DNA of 32,000 nucleotides from Kineococcus radiotolerans SRS30216 = ATCC BAA-149 (GTDB lineage Bacteria; Actinomycetota; Actinomycetes; Actinomycetales; Kineococcaceae): NCBI RefSeq assembly GCF_000017305.1, contig NC_009664.2, positions 3,120,001 to 3,152,000 of the forward strand, read 5' to 3'. Shown piece by piece: positions 1 to 8,893 of this stretch (position 1 is its first letter; each line of letters starts with the position of its first letter). The notes under the pieces were generated by a model. It saw only the letters and a program-made list of their open reading frames with translations, ran no database searches and was not told where the DNA came from. The position numbers and the translations under genes were made by a program.

Positions 1-87
1 TCCGACGACGACGAGTCCGACGACGACGAGTCCGACGACGACGAGTCCGACGACGACGAGTCCGACGACGACGAGTCCGACGACGAG
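1..87 (+). repeat. Tandem 15-bp repeat tccgacgacgacgag, 5 full copies (1-75) plus a 12-bp partial copy (76-87). It is in frame and encodes (SDDDE)n.
   Basis: Direct reading shows identical 15-mers at 1, 16, 31, 46 and 61, then tccgacgacgag. The array is cut by the window edge, so the true copy number is unknown. Confidence 0.9.
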
Positions 88-105
88 CCGACGAGCGAAG
101 GCTGA
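1..105 (+). CDS. 3' end of a CDS (partial) with an acidic SDDDE-repeat C-terminal tail
   Basis: Frame 1 reads SDDDE x5, then SDDE-PTSEG, then TGA at 103-105. The next gene starts 5 nt later. The rest of the protein lies outside the window. Confidence 0.5.
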   Translation, partial: SDDDESDDDESDDDESDDDESDDDESDDEPTSEG

Positions 106-110
106 GCCGC

Positions 111-638
111 GTGCGGGTGTACTGGCCGACGACGTTGGCGGAGCTGGCGCGGGTAGTCGGGGCGGGGGACCTCGCGCCGGCACCGGCGGTGGTGCACGCC
201 GTCACCCGCACGCTGCGCGACTTCTACGCCGACGCCGATCCTCGTGACCTCGAGGAGGAGCTGGAGTACGTCGCGATGTCCGACGCGGCGGAGCAGTCGG
301 TGCGCCTCCTCGGGCAGGACCCGTCCGCCGCGCCGCGCCGCGTGGTGCTGGCCCTCGACGTGGCGGACGACGCCGTCGAGGTCCAGCCCGACGCCGGGTG
401 GGCCGCGCCGGAGCGGTCGCGGGTGACGGTGACGGTGCCCCTGTCCCTGGACGCGCTGGCCAGCGTCCACGTTGACGACGCCGAGGCGGAGGCCGACGTC
501 CGGGCGGCCGTGGCGGTGTTGGCCGCGGCCGACGCCGGCGACGAGGACGCCCGGTTCACCGTGGAGGCCTGCGAGGGCCACGACCTGCTCTGGTACGACG
601 CGAGCGAACTGCCCGTCCTGCTCGCCGTCGGTCCCTGA
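111..638 (+). CDS. Hypothetical protein, 175 aa, acidic, with no motif I can name
   Basis: GTG-started ORF with a strong G/C third-position bias. The overlapping alternative-frame ORFs are Arg/Pro/Ser-rich shadows. It probably continues the upstream operon (5-nt gap). Confidence 0.7.
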   Translation: MRVYWPTTLAELARVVGAGDLAPAPAVVHAVTRTLRDFYADADPRDLEEELEYVAMSDAAEQSVRLLGQDPSAAPRRVVLALDVADDAVEVQPDAGWAAPERSRVTVTVPLSLDALASVHVDDAEAEADVRAAVAVLAAADAGDEDARFTVEACEGHDLLWYDASELPVLLAVGP

Positions 639-647
639 GGGGGTTCC

Positions 648-1145
648 TCAGCGGGACGACCACTCCCGGGCCAGCTCGACCTCGGAACGGATCAGGTCGA
701 GCAGGCCCGGCAGCGCGGCCTTCTCCACCGAGCCGCCCAGCAGCGGCACCTTGACGGTCAGTGAGCCGGTGAGGTCGTGCGTGCAGCCGACGGCGTCGGG
801 GGTCAGGGTGACCGTCGCGACCAGCTCCACCGGGGCGGAGCGGATGGTGAGGGTCAGCTGCGCCCGCCGGGAACCGTCGGCGCCCGCCGGTGCCCAGCGC
901 TCCACCTGCTCCACCACGGCGCTCGCCCCGAGGAAGCGGGAGGCGGCCTGCGGCAACCGCTCGGTCCCGACGGTCCGCGACGTGGTGACGACCGTCGTGC
1001 CGCCCTCGACGGTGGTGGACTCCTCGTGGGCGAGGGCTCCGGAGCGTTCGGCGCGGGCGGCGAGGAACGCCGGGTCGACGAGGACGGCCCAGACGGCCTC
1101 CGGGTCGGCGGTGAACTGCGAGCGCTCGGAGAAGTTCGTGGGCAC
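648..1145 (-). CDS. SRPBCC/DUF2505-like protein, 165 aa
   Basis: ATG ORF whose sequence (FTADPEAVWAVLVDPAFL ... LTVKVPLLGGSVEKA) resembles the actinobacterial DUF2505/polyketide-cyclase-like fold family. It is last in a minus-strand three-gene run. Assignment is from memory of the family, not from a search. Confidence 0.75.
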   Translation of the reverse strand: MPTNFSERSQFTADPEAVWAVLVDPAFLAARAERSGALAHEESTTVEGGTTVVTTSRTVGTERLPQAASRFLGASAVVEQVERWAPAGADGSRRAQLTLTIRSAPVELVATVTLTPDAVGCTHDLTGSLTVKVPLLGGSVEKAALPGLLDLIRSEVELAREWSSR

Positions 1146-1147
1146 GG

Positions 1148-1420
1148 TCAGTGGTTCCCTTCGCGAGTCAGGACGGCGAGCGGTGCGGCCAGGTCCCTGG
1201 CCAGGGCGGTCTCGACCTCGACCACCGCACCCGGCGGGGGAGGGGCGGGCAGCGCCCGCAGCCCCTCGGCGGCGACGTCCACCGCGTCGGCGGCCGCCCG
1301 GACGGCGACCGCGTCCTCCGGGTCCGGCAGGGCGGCCGCGGCGCGGCGCAGGCGCGAGGCCAGGGCGCGGAGCCCGGCGACGTCACCGCGGGCCGCGCCG
1401 ACGAGGTCGGTGACGGTCAC
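1148..1420 (-). CDS. Hypothetical small protein, 90 aa, Ala-rich
   Basis: This is the C-terminal tail of the artefactual 1911-aa minus ORF. GTG at 1420-1418 overlaps the upstream stop (GTGA). Third-position G/C is near 100%. Its stop lies 2 nt before the ATG of the 648..1145 gene. Confidence 0.55.
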   Translation of the reverse strand: MTVTDLVGAARGDVAGLRALASRLRRAAAALPDPEDAVAVRAAADAVDVAAEGLRALPAPPPPGAVVEVETALARDLAAPLAVLTREGNH

Positions 1421-1587
1421 GGGCGCGACAGCAGTCCGTGCACGGCCGTCAGCAGGTCCAGGACCGCGGTCGTGGCGGCGGGGTCGCGCAGGTCGACGTC
1501 GGTGGCGGCCAGCTCCCGGGCCAGCGCGGCGCGCTCGGTCGGGGACGCGCCCGGGGGGCGTCGGACCGGCTCGCTGGTGATCGGCAC
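1417..1587 (-). CDS. Hypothetical small protein, 56 aa (MPITSEPVRRPPGASPTERAALARELAATDVDLRDPAATTAVLDLLTAVHGLLSRP). It falls below the ORF-track size cutoff.
   Basis: Translated by hand. GTG at 1587-1585 and TGA at 1419-1417 overlap the next GTG. Only 2 of 56 codons end in A/T. A TAGAGT box sits 6 nt upstream. Confidence 0.5.
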   Translation of the reverse strand: MPITSEPVRRPPGASPTERAALARELAATDVDLRDPAATTAVLDLLTAVHGLLSRP

Positions 1588-1593
1588 GCACCC

Positions 1594-1599
1594 ACTCTA
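1594..1599 (-). promoter_or_regulatory. -10-like TAGAGT, 6 nt upstream of the GTG at 1587 (probable leaderless transcript)
   Basis: The plus strand reads actcta at 1594-1599. The spacer 1588-1593 is 6 nt. Confidence 0.4.
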
Positions 1600-1659
1600 T
1601 GCACGCGTGCGCGCAGCGCCTCCGCGCGCCGCGCCCCCCCACCGCGGGGAGATCACCAC

Positions 1660-1665
1660 TAGGGT
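1660..1665 (+). promoter_or_regulatory. -10-like TAGGGT upstream of gdh. The predicted leader is about 28 nt and carries GGAG at 1691-1694.
   Basis: TAnnnT hexamer 35 nt upstream of the ATG at 1700, back to back with the minus-strand box at 1594-1599. Confidence 0.35.
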
Positions 1666-1699
1666 GGGGGTGCGTTTCCACCCGCGAACCGGAGCAGTG

Positions 1700-4600
1700 A
1701 TGCCCGCCTCGACCTCGGCCCCCGCCAGCACCGTCCGCGAGCTCGTCCGAGCCGCTGTCGCCGACCGCGACCCGCAGTGGGGTGACGGCCTGCCGGACGC
1801 CCTGCGCGGGGGCAGCGCCCCCGAGCGCCTGCTGCTCGACTACTTCGCGCACACGGCGGTGGAGGACCTCGCCGACCACGACCCCGCCGAGCTCGCCACG
1901 GCCGTCGTCTCCCACGTCCGCAGCGGCCTGCGGCGGGCACCGGGCACGACCCTGGTCCGGGTCGTCGACGGCGTGGACTCCGGTGCGGGCGCGGGCCGCT
2001 CCACCGTCGAGGTCGTCACCGACGACATGCCGTTCCTGGTGGACAGCCTGACCGCCGCCCTGACCCGGTCGGGGCGGGGGATCCACCTGCTCGTGCACCC
2101 CCGGCTGGCGGCCAAGCGCGACGACGACGGCGTGCTGCTCGACCTGCACGACGTCGGGACCGCGCCGCCCTCGGAGCCGGCGGAGTCGTGGATCCGCATC
2201 GAGGTCGACCGGCACACCGGTGAGGGCGCGGACGGCGACGGGGGGCTCCTGGCCGAGCTGCGGGCGGTGCTCGACGACGTGCGGGCGGCCGTGAACGGCT
2301 GGCAGCCCATGCGCGCGCGGGCCCTGCAGATCGCCGACGCCCTCCAGATCGACCCGCCGCGCGGGGTCGCCGAGACCGAGCTGCGGGTGGCCGAGCGGTT
2401 CCTGCGCTGGATGGCCGACGACCGGTTCACCTTCCTCGGCTACCGCGAGTACGACCTGCGCACCTCCGGGGACGACGTCGTCCTGGCGGCGCGCTCGGGG
2501 ACCGGTCTCGGGGTGCTGGCCGACCGGCCGGGCCGGGCCGGGGGGCGGGAGCGGACGCTGTCGGGCCCGGTGCGCGACAAGGCGACCGAGCCGCAGGTGC
2601 TGGTCGTCACCAAGGCCAACGCGCGCGCGACGGTGCACCGGCCGGCGTTCCTGGACTACGTCGGGGTCAAGACCTTCGACGAGCAGGGTCGGGTCGTCGG
2701 CGAGCGCCGGTTCCTGGGGTTGTTCACCTCCGTCGCCTACACCGACTCCGTCAAGCGGGTGCCGGTCGTCGCGGAGAAGGTCAACGACGTCCTGCAGCGC
2801 GCGGGCTTCGGCTCCAGCGGGCACTCCGCCAAGGACCTGCTGAGCATCCTCGAGACGTTCCCCCGCGACGAGCTGCTGCAGTCCGACGTGGGCTCGATCC
2901 TGAGCACGGCGATGGCGGTCCTGCGCCTGCAGGAACGTCGCCGGACCCGGTTGTTCCTGCGCCGCGACGACTACCGCCGGTTCATGTCGTGCCTGGTGTA
3001 CCTGCCGCGCGACCGCTACACGACCCGGGTGGGGGCCCGCATCGAGGCGTCGCTGCTGGAGGCCTTCGACGGCGGGTCGGTCGAGTCGACGCTGCGGGTC
3101 TCGGAGTCGGTGCTGGCCCGGCTGCACGTCGTCGTCCGCGCCCGCGCCGGGGAGGAGCTCAGCGACGTCGACGTCTCCCGCCTGGAGGCGGACGTCGCGC
3201 GGGCGGCGCGGTCGTGGGACGACGACCTCGCCGACGCCGCCCGCGCGCAGCTCGGCGACCGCGAGGGCGCGGCCCTGGTGGCCCGCTGGGCGGGGGGCAT
3301 CCCCAACGGCTACCGCGCCGCCGTCGACGTGGAGCGGGCCACGCGGGACCTCATCCGCGCCGGTGAGCTGCTGGCGGCCGGGGGCGAGGTGCCGGTCCTG
3401 GACCTGCGCGAGGACCCCGATCAGCCCCGCACGTGGCGGTTCACGAGCTACCGCACCGCCCCGGTGACCCTCAGCGCGGTCCTGCCGGTGCTCACCGACC
3501 TGGGGGTGGAGGTCACCGACGAGCGTCCGCACGTCGTCACCCGCGACGACGGGCGCACGGTGCACATCGACGACGTCGGGCTGCGGCTGCCCGTCGACGT
3601 CTGGCAGCTGGACGCCGACCCCGCGGCGGCCCGGACCCGGTTCCGCGAGGCGTTCGCGGCGGCCTGGACGGGGCGCGCGGAGAGCGACGCGCTGGCCCGG
3701 CTGGTCCTGGCGGGGCAGCTGGACTGGCGCCAGGTCGCGGTCCTGCGGGCCCTGGTGCGCTACCTGCGGCAGGTGGGGCTGGCGTACTCGCTCGACTACG
3801 TCGCGAACTGCCTGCTCGCCGACGTGGGTCTCACCCGGCTGATCGTGCGGTTGTTCGAGGCGCGGTTCGCGCCCACCCGCCCGGGTCACGAGGACGAGCG
3901 GGCCGAGCTCGTCGACGCGCTGGTGGAGGAGACCCACGGCGCTCTCGAGGGTGTCGACGGCCTCGACGCCGACCGGATCCTGCGGGCGCTGCTGTCGGTG
4001 GTGCGGGCGGTGGTGCGCACCAACGCCTACCAGTCCGGGCCCGACGGGCGCCCGCACGAGCACCTCTCCTTCAAGCTGTCGCCGCGGCTGGTGGCGGGCA
4101 TGCCCGAGCCGGCCCCGCACGCGGAGGTGTGGGTGTACTCCCCGCGGGTGGAGGGCGTCCACCTGCGCTTCGGGGAGGTCGCGCGCGGCGGGTTGCGCTG
4201 GTCGGACCGCCGCGAGGACTTCCGCACCGAGGTGCTGGGGCTGGTGAAGGCGCAGATCGTGAAGAACGCCGTCATCGTCCCCACCGGGGCCAAGGGCGGT
4301 TTCGTCGCCAAGCGGCTGCCGGACCCGTCGGTGGACCGCGACGCGTGGTGGGCGGAGGGGATCGCCTCCTACCGGACGTTCATCAGCGGGTTGCTCGACA
4401 TCACCGACGACCTGCGGGTCGTGGAGGACGAGCAGGGGCGCCAGGTCCGGGTCACGGTGCCGCCGGTCGACGTCGTGCGCTACGACGGCGACGACTCCTA
4501 CCTCGTGGTCGCCGCCGACAAGGGCACGGCGAGCTTCTCCGACATCGCCAACGAGATCGCGGTGTCGCGGGGCTTCTGGCTGGGCGACGCGTTCGCCTCG

Positions 4601-6661
4601 GGCGGGTCCGTCGGCTACGACCACAAGGCGATGGGCATCACCGCGCGCGGGGCGTGGGAGAGCGTGCGCCGCCACTTCCGCGAACTGGGCCACGACACCC
4701 AGACGCAGGAGTTCACCGTCGTCGGCGTCGGGGACATGAGCGGGGACGTCTTCGGCAACGGGATGCTGCTCTCGGACCGGATCCGGCTGGTGGCGGCCTT
4801 CGACCACCGCCACGTGTTCCTCGACCCCGACCCCGACCCGGCCTCCTCGCACGCGGAACGGGCGCGGTTGTTCGCCCTGCCGCGGTCCTCGTGGGAGGAC
4901 TACGACCCCTCCCTCATCTCCGCCGGCGGCGGGGTGTACCCGCGGACGGCGAAGTCGGTGCCGATCAGCCCGCAGGTCGCCCAGCGCCTCGGCCTGGGGA
5001 CCGAGGTGCGGTCGATGTCGCCGGTGGAGCTGCTGCGCGCGGTCCTGGCCGCGCCGGTGGACCTGTTCTGGAACGGCGGCATCGGCACCTACGTGAAGGC
5101 GTCGACGGAGTCGCACGCCGACGTGGGGGACAAGGCCAACGACGCGATCCGCATCGACGGCCGCGACCTGCGGGTGCGGGTCGTGGGGGAGGGCGGCAAC
5201 CTCGGGCTGACCCAGCGCGGGCGGATCGAGGCCGCGCTGGCGGGCGGGCCGGTGGGGGCGTCGGGGGCGCGCGCCGGGGTGAAGCTGAACACCGACGCCA
5301 TCGACAACTCCGCCGGGGTGGACTGCAGCGACCACGAGGTCAACATCAAGATCCTGCTGGACCACCTGGTCTCGCGCGGTGAGCTCGAACCGGGGGACCG
5401 CAACGACACGCTGCTGCGGATGACCGACGAGGTCGGCCGGCTGGTGCTGCGCGACAACTACGAGCAGAACGTCGTCCTCAGCGTCGAGGGGGCCTTCGCC
5501 GCGGGGTTGCTGCCGGCGCACCGGAGGTTCCTGGACTCGTTGCAGCGCAACGGGGACATCGACCGGCGCCTGGAGGCGCTGCCCTCGGGACCGGAGCTGG
5601 ACCGCCGCGCTCGCGACGGGGGCGGGCTGACGATGCCGGAACTGTCGGTGGTCATCGCCCACGCGAAGATCAGCCTGGGCCGGGAGGTCCTGGCCAGCGC
5701 CCTGCCGGACGAGGAGTGGGTGGCGCAGACGCTGCGGGGGTACTTCCCGGCCGAGCTGGGGCAGCGCTTCGGGGACCACCTCGCCGACCACCCGCTGCGC
5801 CGGGAGATCGCCACGACCGTCCTGGTGAACCACGTCGTGGGCACCGGCGGGCTGACGTTCGCGTTCCGGGCCGCGGAGGAGACCGGGTGCGACCTCGCCG
5901 ACGTGGTGCGGGCCTTCGTCGTCGCCACCGCGGTCTTCGGCCTGCCGGAGCGCGCCGCGGCCGTGGAGGCGCTGGACGGGACCGTGGAGGCGTTCGTCCA
6001 GTCGCGGATGCGTCAGGAGCAGCAGCGGATGCTGGACCGCTCGGTGCGCTGGCTGCTGCACGCCCGCCCGGAGGGCGTCGACGTGCCCGGGGAGATCGGG
6101 CGGTTCCGGCCGGCCGTGGAGCGGCTGGCGCCGCGGATGGGGACGTTCATGCGCGGGGAGGACGCGCAGGCCGTCGCGACGGAGGCGGCCTGGTTCACCG
6201 AGCGCGGGGTGGAGGAGGCCGAGGCGCGGCGGACGGTGTCGCTGCTGGCCACGTTCCCGCTGCTGGACGTGGTGGAGGTCGCCGGCGCGTCGGGCCGGGC
6301 CGTGGAGGAGGTCGCGGCCACGTGGTACGAGCTGTCCCACCGCTACGGCATCGAGGGGATGCTGGCGGGCATCGCGGCCCTGCCCCGCACCGACCGGTGG
6401 CAGTCGCTGGCCCGCGCGGCGCTGCGCGACGACCTGTACTCCGCGCTGCGGGACCTCACCGCCGCGGTGATCGCGCACGCCGGTCCCGCGGAGGCCGTCG
6501 ACCCGGTGGCCGCGGTCGAGGCGTGGGAGACCGCCCACGCCCCGGCGGTGCGCCGCGCCCGCCAGACCATGGGGGACCTCGAGGGCGAGCCGGGCGCCGG
6601 CGACCTCGCGGCGCTGTCCGTGGGGCTGCGGACGTTGCGGACGGTGCTGCGTGCGGGCTGA
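1700..6661 (+). CDS. gdh: NAD-specific glutamate dehydrogenase, large (about 1650 aa) type
   Basis: 1653-aa ORF from ATG 1700, with GGAG 6 nt upstream. It has the conserved core GGLRWSDRREDFRTEVLGLVKAQIVKNAVIVPTGAKGGF and the overall length typical of the GdhB/Rv2476c family. The ORF-track start at 1151 is an upstream in-frame extension. Confidence 0.95.
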   Translation: MPASTSAPASTVRELVRAAVADRDPQWGDGLPDALRGGSAPERLLLDYFAHTAVEDLADHDPAELATAVVSHVRSGLRRAPGTTLVRVVDGVDSGAGAGRSTVEVVTDDMPFLVDSLTAALTRSGRGIHLLVHPRLAAKRDDDGVLLDLHDVGTAPPSEPAESWIRIEVDRHTGEGADGDGGLLAELRAVLDDVRAAVNGWQPMRARALQIADALQIDPPRGVAETELRVAERFLRWMADDRFTFLGYREYDLRTSGDDVVLAARSGTGLGVLADRPGRAGGRERTLSGPVRDKATEPQVLVVTKANARATVHRPAFLDYVGVKTFDEQGRVVGERRFLGLFTSVAYTDSVKRVPVVAEKVNDVLQRAGFGSSGHSAKDLLSILETFPRDELLQSDVGSILSTAMAVLRLQERRRTRLFLRRDDYRRFMSCLVYLPRDRYTTRVGARIEASLLEAFDGGSVESTLRVSESVLARLHVVVRARAGEELSDVDVSRLEADVARAARSWDDDLADAARAQLGDREGAALVARWAGGIPNGYRAAVDVERATRDLIRAGELLAAGGEVPVLDLREDPDQPRTWRFTSYRTAPVTLSAVLPVLTDLGVEVTDERPHVVTRDDGRTVHIDDVGLRLPVDVWQLDADPAAARTRFREAFAAAWTGRAESDALARLVLAGQLDWRQVAVLRALVRYLRQVGLAYSLDYVANCLLADVGLTRLIVRLFEARFAPTRPGHEDERAELVDALVEETHGALEGVDGLDADRILRALLSVVRAVVRTNAYQSGPDGRPHEHLSFKLSPRLVAGMPEPAPHAEVWVYSPRVEGVHLRFGEVARGGLRWSDRREDFRTEVLGLVKAQIVKNAVIVPTGAKGGFVAKRLPDPSVDRDAWWAEGIASYRTFISGLLDITDDLRVVEDEQGRQVRVTVPPVDVVRYDGDDSYLVVAADKGTASFSDIANEIAVSRGFWLGDAFASGGSVGYDHKAMGITARGAWESVRRHFRELGHDTQTQEFTVVGVGDMSGDVFGNGMLLSDRIRLVAAFDHRHVFLDPDPDPASSHAERARLFALPRSSWEDYDPSLISAGGGVYPRTAKSVPISPQVAQRLGLGTEVRSMSPVELLRAVLAAPVDLFWNGGIGTYVKASTESHADVGDKANDAIRIDGRDLRVRVVGEGGNLGLTQRGRIEAALAGGPVGASGARAGVKLNTDAIDNSAGVDCSDHEVNIKILLDHLVSRGELEPGDRNDTLLRMTDEVGRLVLRDNYEQNVVLSVEGAFAAGLLPAHRRFLDSLQRNGDIDRRLEALPSGPELDRRARDGGGLTMPELSVVIAHAKISLGREVLASALPDEEWVAQTLRGYFPAELGQRFGDHLADHPLRREIATTVLVNHVVGTGGLTFAFRAAEETGCDLADVVRAFVVATAVFGLPERAAAVEALDGTVEAFVQSRMRQEQQRMLDRSVRWLLHARPEGVDVPGEIGRFRPAVERLAPRMGTFMRGEDAQAVATEAAWFTERGVEEAEARRTVSLLATFPLLDVVEVAGASGRAVEEVAATWYELSHRYGIEGMLAGIAALPRTDRWQSLARAALRDDLYSALRDLTAAVIAHAGPAEAVDPVAAVEAWETAHAPAVRRARQTMGDLEGEPGAGDLAALSVGLRTLRTVLRAG

Positions 6662-6686
6662 CCGGTTCCGCGGCCGCGGCGCGACG

Positions 6687-6692
6687 TAGGCT
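6687..6692 (+). promoter_or_regulatory. -10-like TAGGCT, 6 nt upstream of GTG 6699 (probable leaderless pdtaS mRNA)
   Basis: acgTAGGCTcgcgggGTG read directly. Confidence 0.4.
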
Positions 6693-6698
6693 CGCGGG

Positions 6699-8210
6699 GT
6701 GCCCACCATGTCGGACCTGCTGCGCTCGGAGACCGCCGTCGACGGTGGTGAGGCGGAGTGGTTGCGGTTGCTCGTCGGCGACTGGCAGCTGATCTCCGAC
6801 CTCTCCTTCGCCGACCTCGTCCTCTGGGTGCCCTCGGCCGACCGCCAGCACTTCGTCGCCGTCGCCCACTGCCGGCCCACCACGGGCCCGACGGTCCACT
6901 ACGACGACGTCGTCGGGGCGGTGCTGGAGCGGGGTCGCCGCCCGCAGGTCGACACGACCTTCGACGAGGCCCGCAGCCTGCGCGGCCGGGACCCGGAGTG
7001 GGACGACGACGTCCCGGTGCGCGAGGAGACGATCCCCGTCGTGCGCGGGGGCGTCGTCCTGGGCGTGCTGGCCCGGCACACCAACCTGGCGACCTCGCGG
7101 ACGCCGAGCCGGTTGGAGCTGAACTACGTCAAGTGCGCCGACGACCTCACCCGGATGATCGCCGACGGGGACTTCCCGCAGACCGCGGCGCCCACCGGCC
7201 CGCGCCGCGGTGCGCCGAGGGTCGGGGACGGGATGCTGCGCCTGGACGCGGAGGGGGTCGTCACCTACGCGAGCCCGAACGCGCTGTCGGCGTTCCACCG
7301 GGCGGGGCTGATCGGGGAACTCGTCGGCGCGAACCTGGCCGAGATCTCCAGCTCCCTGGCCGCGAGCCACCTCCCCGTCGACGAGTCGCTACCGCTGGTC
7401 GTGACCGGTCGCGCTCCGTGGCGGACGGACCTGGAGACGGACGCCGCGACGTTGTCCATGCGGGCGATCCCGTTGACGCGCAGGGAGAACGGGACGACGA
7501 CCCGGATGGCGGCGCTGCTGCTGGTGCGCGACGTCTCCGAGCTGCGCCGTCGTGAGCGGGAACTCATGACGAAGGACGCCACCATCCGCGAGGTCCACCA
7601 CCGGGTGAAGAACAACCTGCAGACGGTGGCGGCGCTGCTGCGCCTGCAGGCCCGCCGGATCGTGTCGGAGGAGGGGCGGTCCGCGCTCCAGGAGGCGATG
7701 CGCCGCGTCTCGACCATCGCCACCGTGCACGAGACCCTGTCGCAGGGGATCGACGAGAACGTCGACTTCGACCAGGTGCTCGACCGCTGCCTGATGATGG
7801 CCGCCGAGGTCGCGATGGAGAACGCCGAGCGGGTCCGCACCGTGCGCGAGGGGAAGTTCGGGGAGCTGCGTCAGGAGGACGCGACGGCGCTGGCGCTGGT
7901 GCTGACGGAGCTGGTGACCAACGCCGTGGAGCACGGGTTCGGGTCCGACCGCGCGGGAACGGTCGTGGTGAAGGTGGAGCACACCGACGACGACCGGCTG
8001 GAGGTCGTCGTCAGCGACGACGGGATCGGGTTGCCCGAGGACTTCCAGGTCGGCAGCTCCGGTCTGGGGACCCAGATCGTGCGGTCGCTGGTGGCGGGGG
8101 AGCTGCGCGGGCGCATGGAGTTCGGGTCGAGCGGGTCCGGGGGCACCGAGGTGCGGCTGGACCTGCGGGTGCGGCGCGACCCGTCGCAGATCGGGAGCGT
8201 CCGCAACTGA
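6699..8210 (+). CDS. pdtaS: PdtaS-type sensor histidine kinase (GAF/PAS, then HisKA_2-type kinase)
   Basis: The N-terminus (DLL...WQLISDLSFADLVLWV...CRPTTGPTV) resembles M. tuberculosis PdtaS. The H-box is HHRVKNNLQTVAALLRLQ, followed by a C-terminal HATPase region. It is convergent with whiB1, as in Rv3220c/Rv3219. An alternative start is ATG 6708. Confidence 0.88.
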   Translation: MPTMSDLLRSETAVDGGEAEWLRLLVGDWQLISDLSFADLVLWVPSADRQHFVAVAHCRPTTGPTVHYDDVVGAVLERGRRPQVDTTFDEARSLRGRDPEWDDDVPVREETIPVVRGGVVLGVLARHTNLATSRTPSRLELNYVKCADDLTRMIADGDFPQTAAPTGPRRGAPRVGDGMLRLDAEGVVTYASPNALSAFHRAGLIGELVGANLAEISSSLAASHLPVDESLPLVVTGRAPWRTDLETDAATLSMRAIPLTRRENGTTTRMAALLLVRDVSELRRRERELMTKDATIREVHHRVKNNLQTVAALLRLQARRIVSEEGRSALQEAMRRVSTIATVHETLSQGIDENVDFDQVLDRCLMMAAEVAMENAERVRTVREGKFGELRQEDATALALVLTELVTNAVEHGFGSDRAGTVVVKVEHTDDDRLEVVVSDDGIGLPEDFQVGSSGLGTQIVRSLVAGELRGRMEFGSSGSGGTEVRLDLRVRRDPSQIGSVRN

Positions 8211-8225
8211 GGCCCAGACGCCGAA

Positions 8226-8254
8226 CAGCCCCCGACCTCGTGGATCGGGGGCTG
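8226..8254. terminator. Hairpin between convergent pdtaS and whiB1 (10-bp perfect stem cagcccccga/tcgggggctg, 9-nt loop)
   Basis: Arms at 8226-8235 and 8245-8254 are exact reverse complements, placed between the stops at 8210 and 8276. There is no T-tract, as is usual in high-GC actinobacteria. Confidence 0.5.
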
Positions 8255-8275
8255 CTGGGCGGGCTGGGGGTGAGG

Positions 8276-8524
8276 TCAGCTCGCGCGACGGGCGCGGGCG
8301 GCGCGCCGCTTGAGCGCGCGGCGCTCGTCCTCGCTCATGCCGCCCCAGACGCCGGCGTCCTGACCGGTCTCCAGGGCCCACTTCAAGCAGGAGTCGACGA
8401 CGTCGCAACGACGGCAGACGGCCTTGGCCTCTTCGATCTGGAGGATGGCCGGACCCGTGTTCCCGATGGGGAAGAAGAGTTCGGGGTCTTCGTCGAGGCA
8501 GGCAGCGCGGTGGCGCCAGTCCAT
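8276..8524 (-). CDS. whiB1: WhiB-family [4Fe-4S] transcription factor, WhiB1/WblE type
   Basis: 82 aa, MDWRHRAACLDEDPELFFP...CRRCDVVDSC...GVWGG, with a basic tail. It has four Cys and the GVWGG turn, and GGAG lies 9 nt upstream of the ATG. Confidence 0.95.
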   Translation of the reverse strand: MDWRHRAACLDEDPELFFPIGNTGPAILQIEEAKAVCRRCDVVDSCLKWALETGQDAGVWGGMSEDERRALKRRAARARRAS

Positions 8525-8761
8525 GGGGGTTCCACTCCTTCTAGCGTGTGCGGTCTCAGTACGCGCGTGTCTTCATCGCCGTGACGAGGTGGGACACGCG
8601 GGATCCCTGAGCACCGGCAACGCCGGCGGTGCCGGGACACGCGTCCCTGGTCCGCAGGAGACCAGGGGGCGACGCGTGTCGGGGATCGCGTTCGGGATCC
8701 AGAGTCACATCCCGCGGCGCTTCCCACAAGGGGTACGGCCGGGCCGTTCGTGGAGGAAGCG

Positions 8762-8777
8762 TGTCAGCTTCGTCACA
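8762..8777. promoter_or_regulatory. CRP/Crp-like palindrome TGTCAgcttcgTCACA. On the whiB1 strand it reads TGTGAcgaagcTGACA.
   Basis: 15 of 16 match to TGTGA-N6-TCACA, centred about 245 nt upstream of the whiB1 ATG. Crp regulation of whiB1 is established in M. tuberculosis. Confidence 0.45.
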
Positions 8778-8887
8778 TGGACGTAACACGGATGACCCCT
8801 TCCGGTAATCCCAGATCTTCCCGCGAGCCTCGACGACACGCCGAGAGGCCGTCCCCCCGAGGGGGGGCGGGCACCGCGGGTGGGTCG

Positions 8888-8893
8888 TAGCGT
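8888..8893 (+). promoter_or_regulatory. -10-like TAGCGT, 6 nt upstream of GTG 8900 (probable leaderless)
   Basis: cgTAGCGTgctcccGTG read directly. Confidence 0.4.

Noticed and set aside
634-651. Hairpin ctgagg-gggtt-cctcag between the convergent genes 111..638 and 648..1145
   Set aside because: The stem is only 6 bp and is built partly from the two stop codons themselves, which is too weak to call a terminator.
1148-6883. 1911-aa ORF on the minus strand, the longest in the track
   Set aside because: It is antisense to the well-supported NAD-GDH gene. Its composition is dominated by Arg/Pro/Gly/Ala/His, as expected for the mirror frame of a high-GC gene, and it has no recognisable motif. Only its last 90 codons (1148..1420) look like a real gene.
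8694-8709. Second possible CRP half-site (gggatccagagTCACA) upstream of whiB1
   Set aside because: Only one half-site matches the consensus. It is reported solely as context for the stronger site at 8762-8777.
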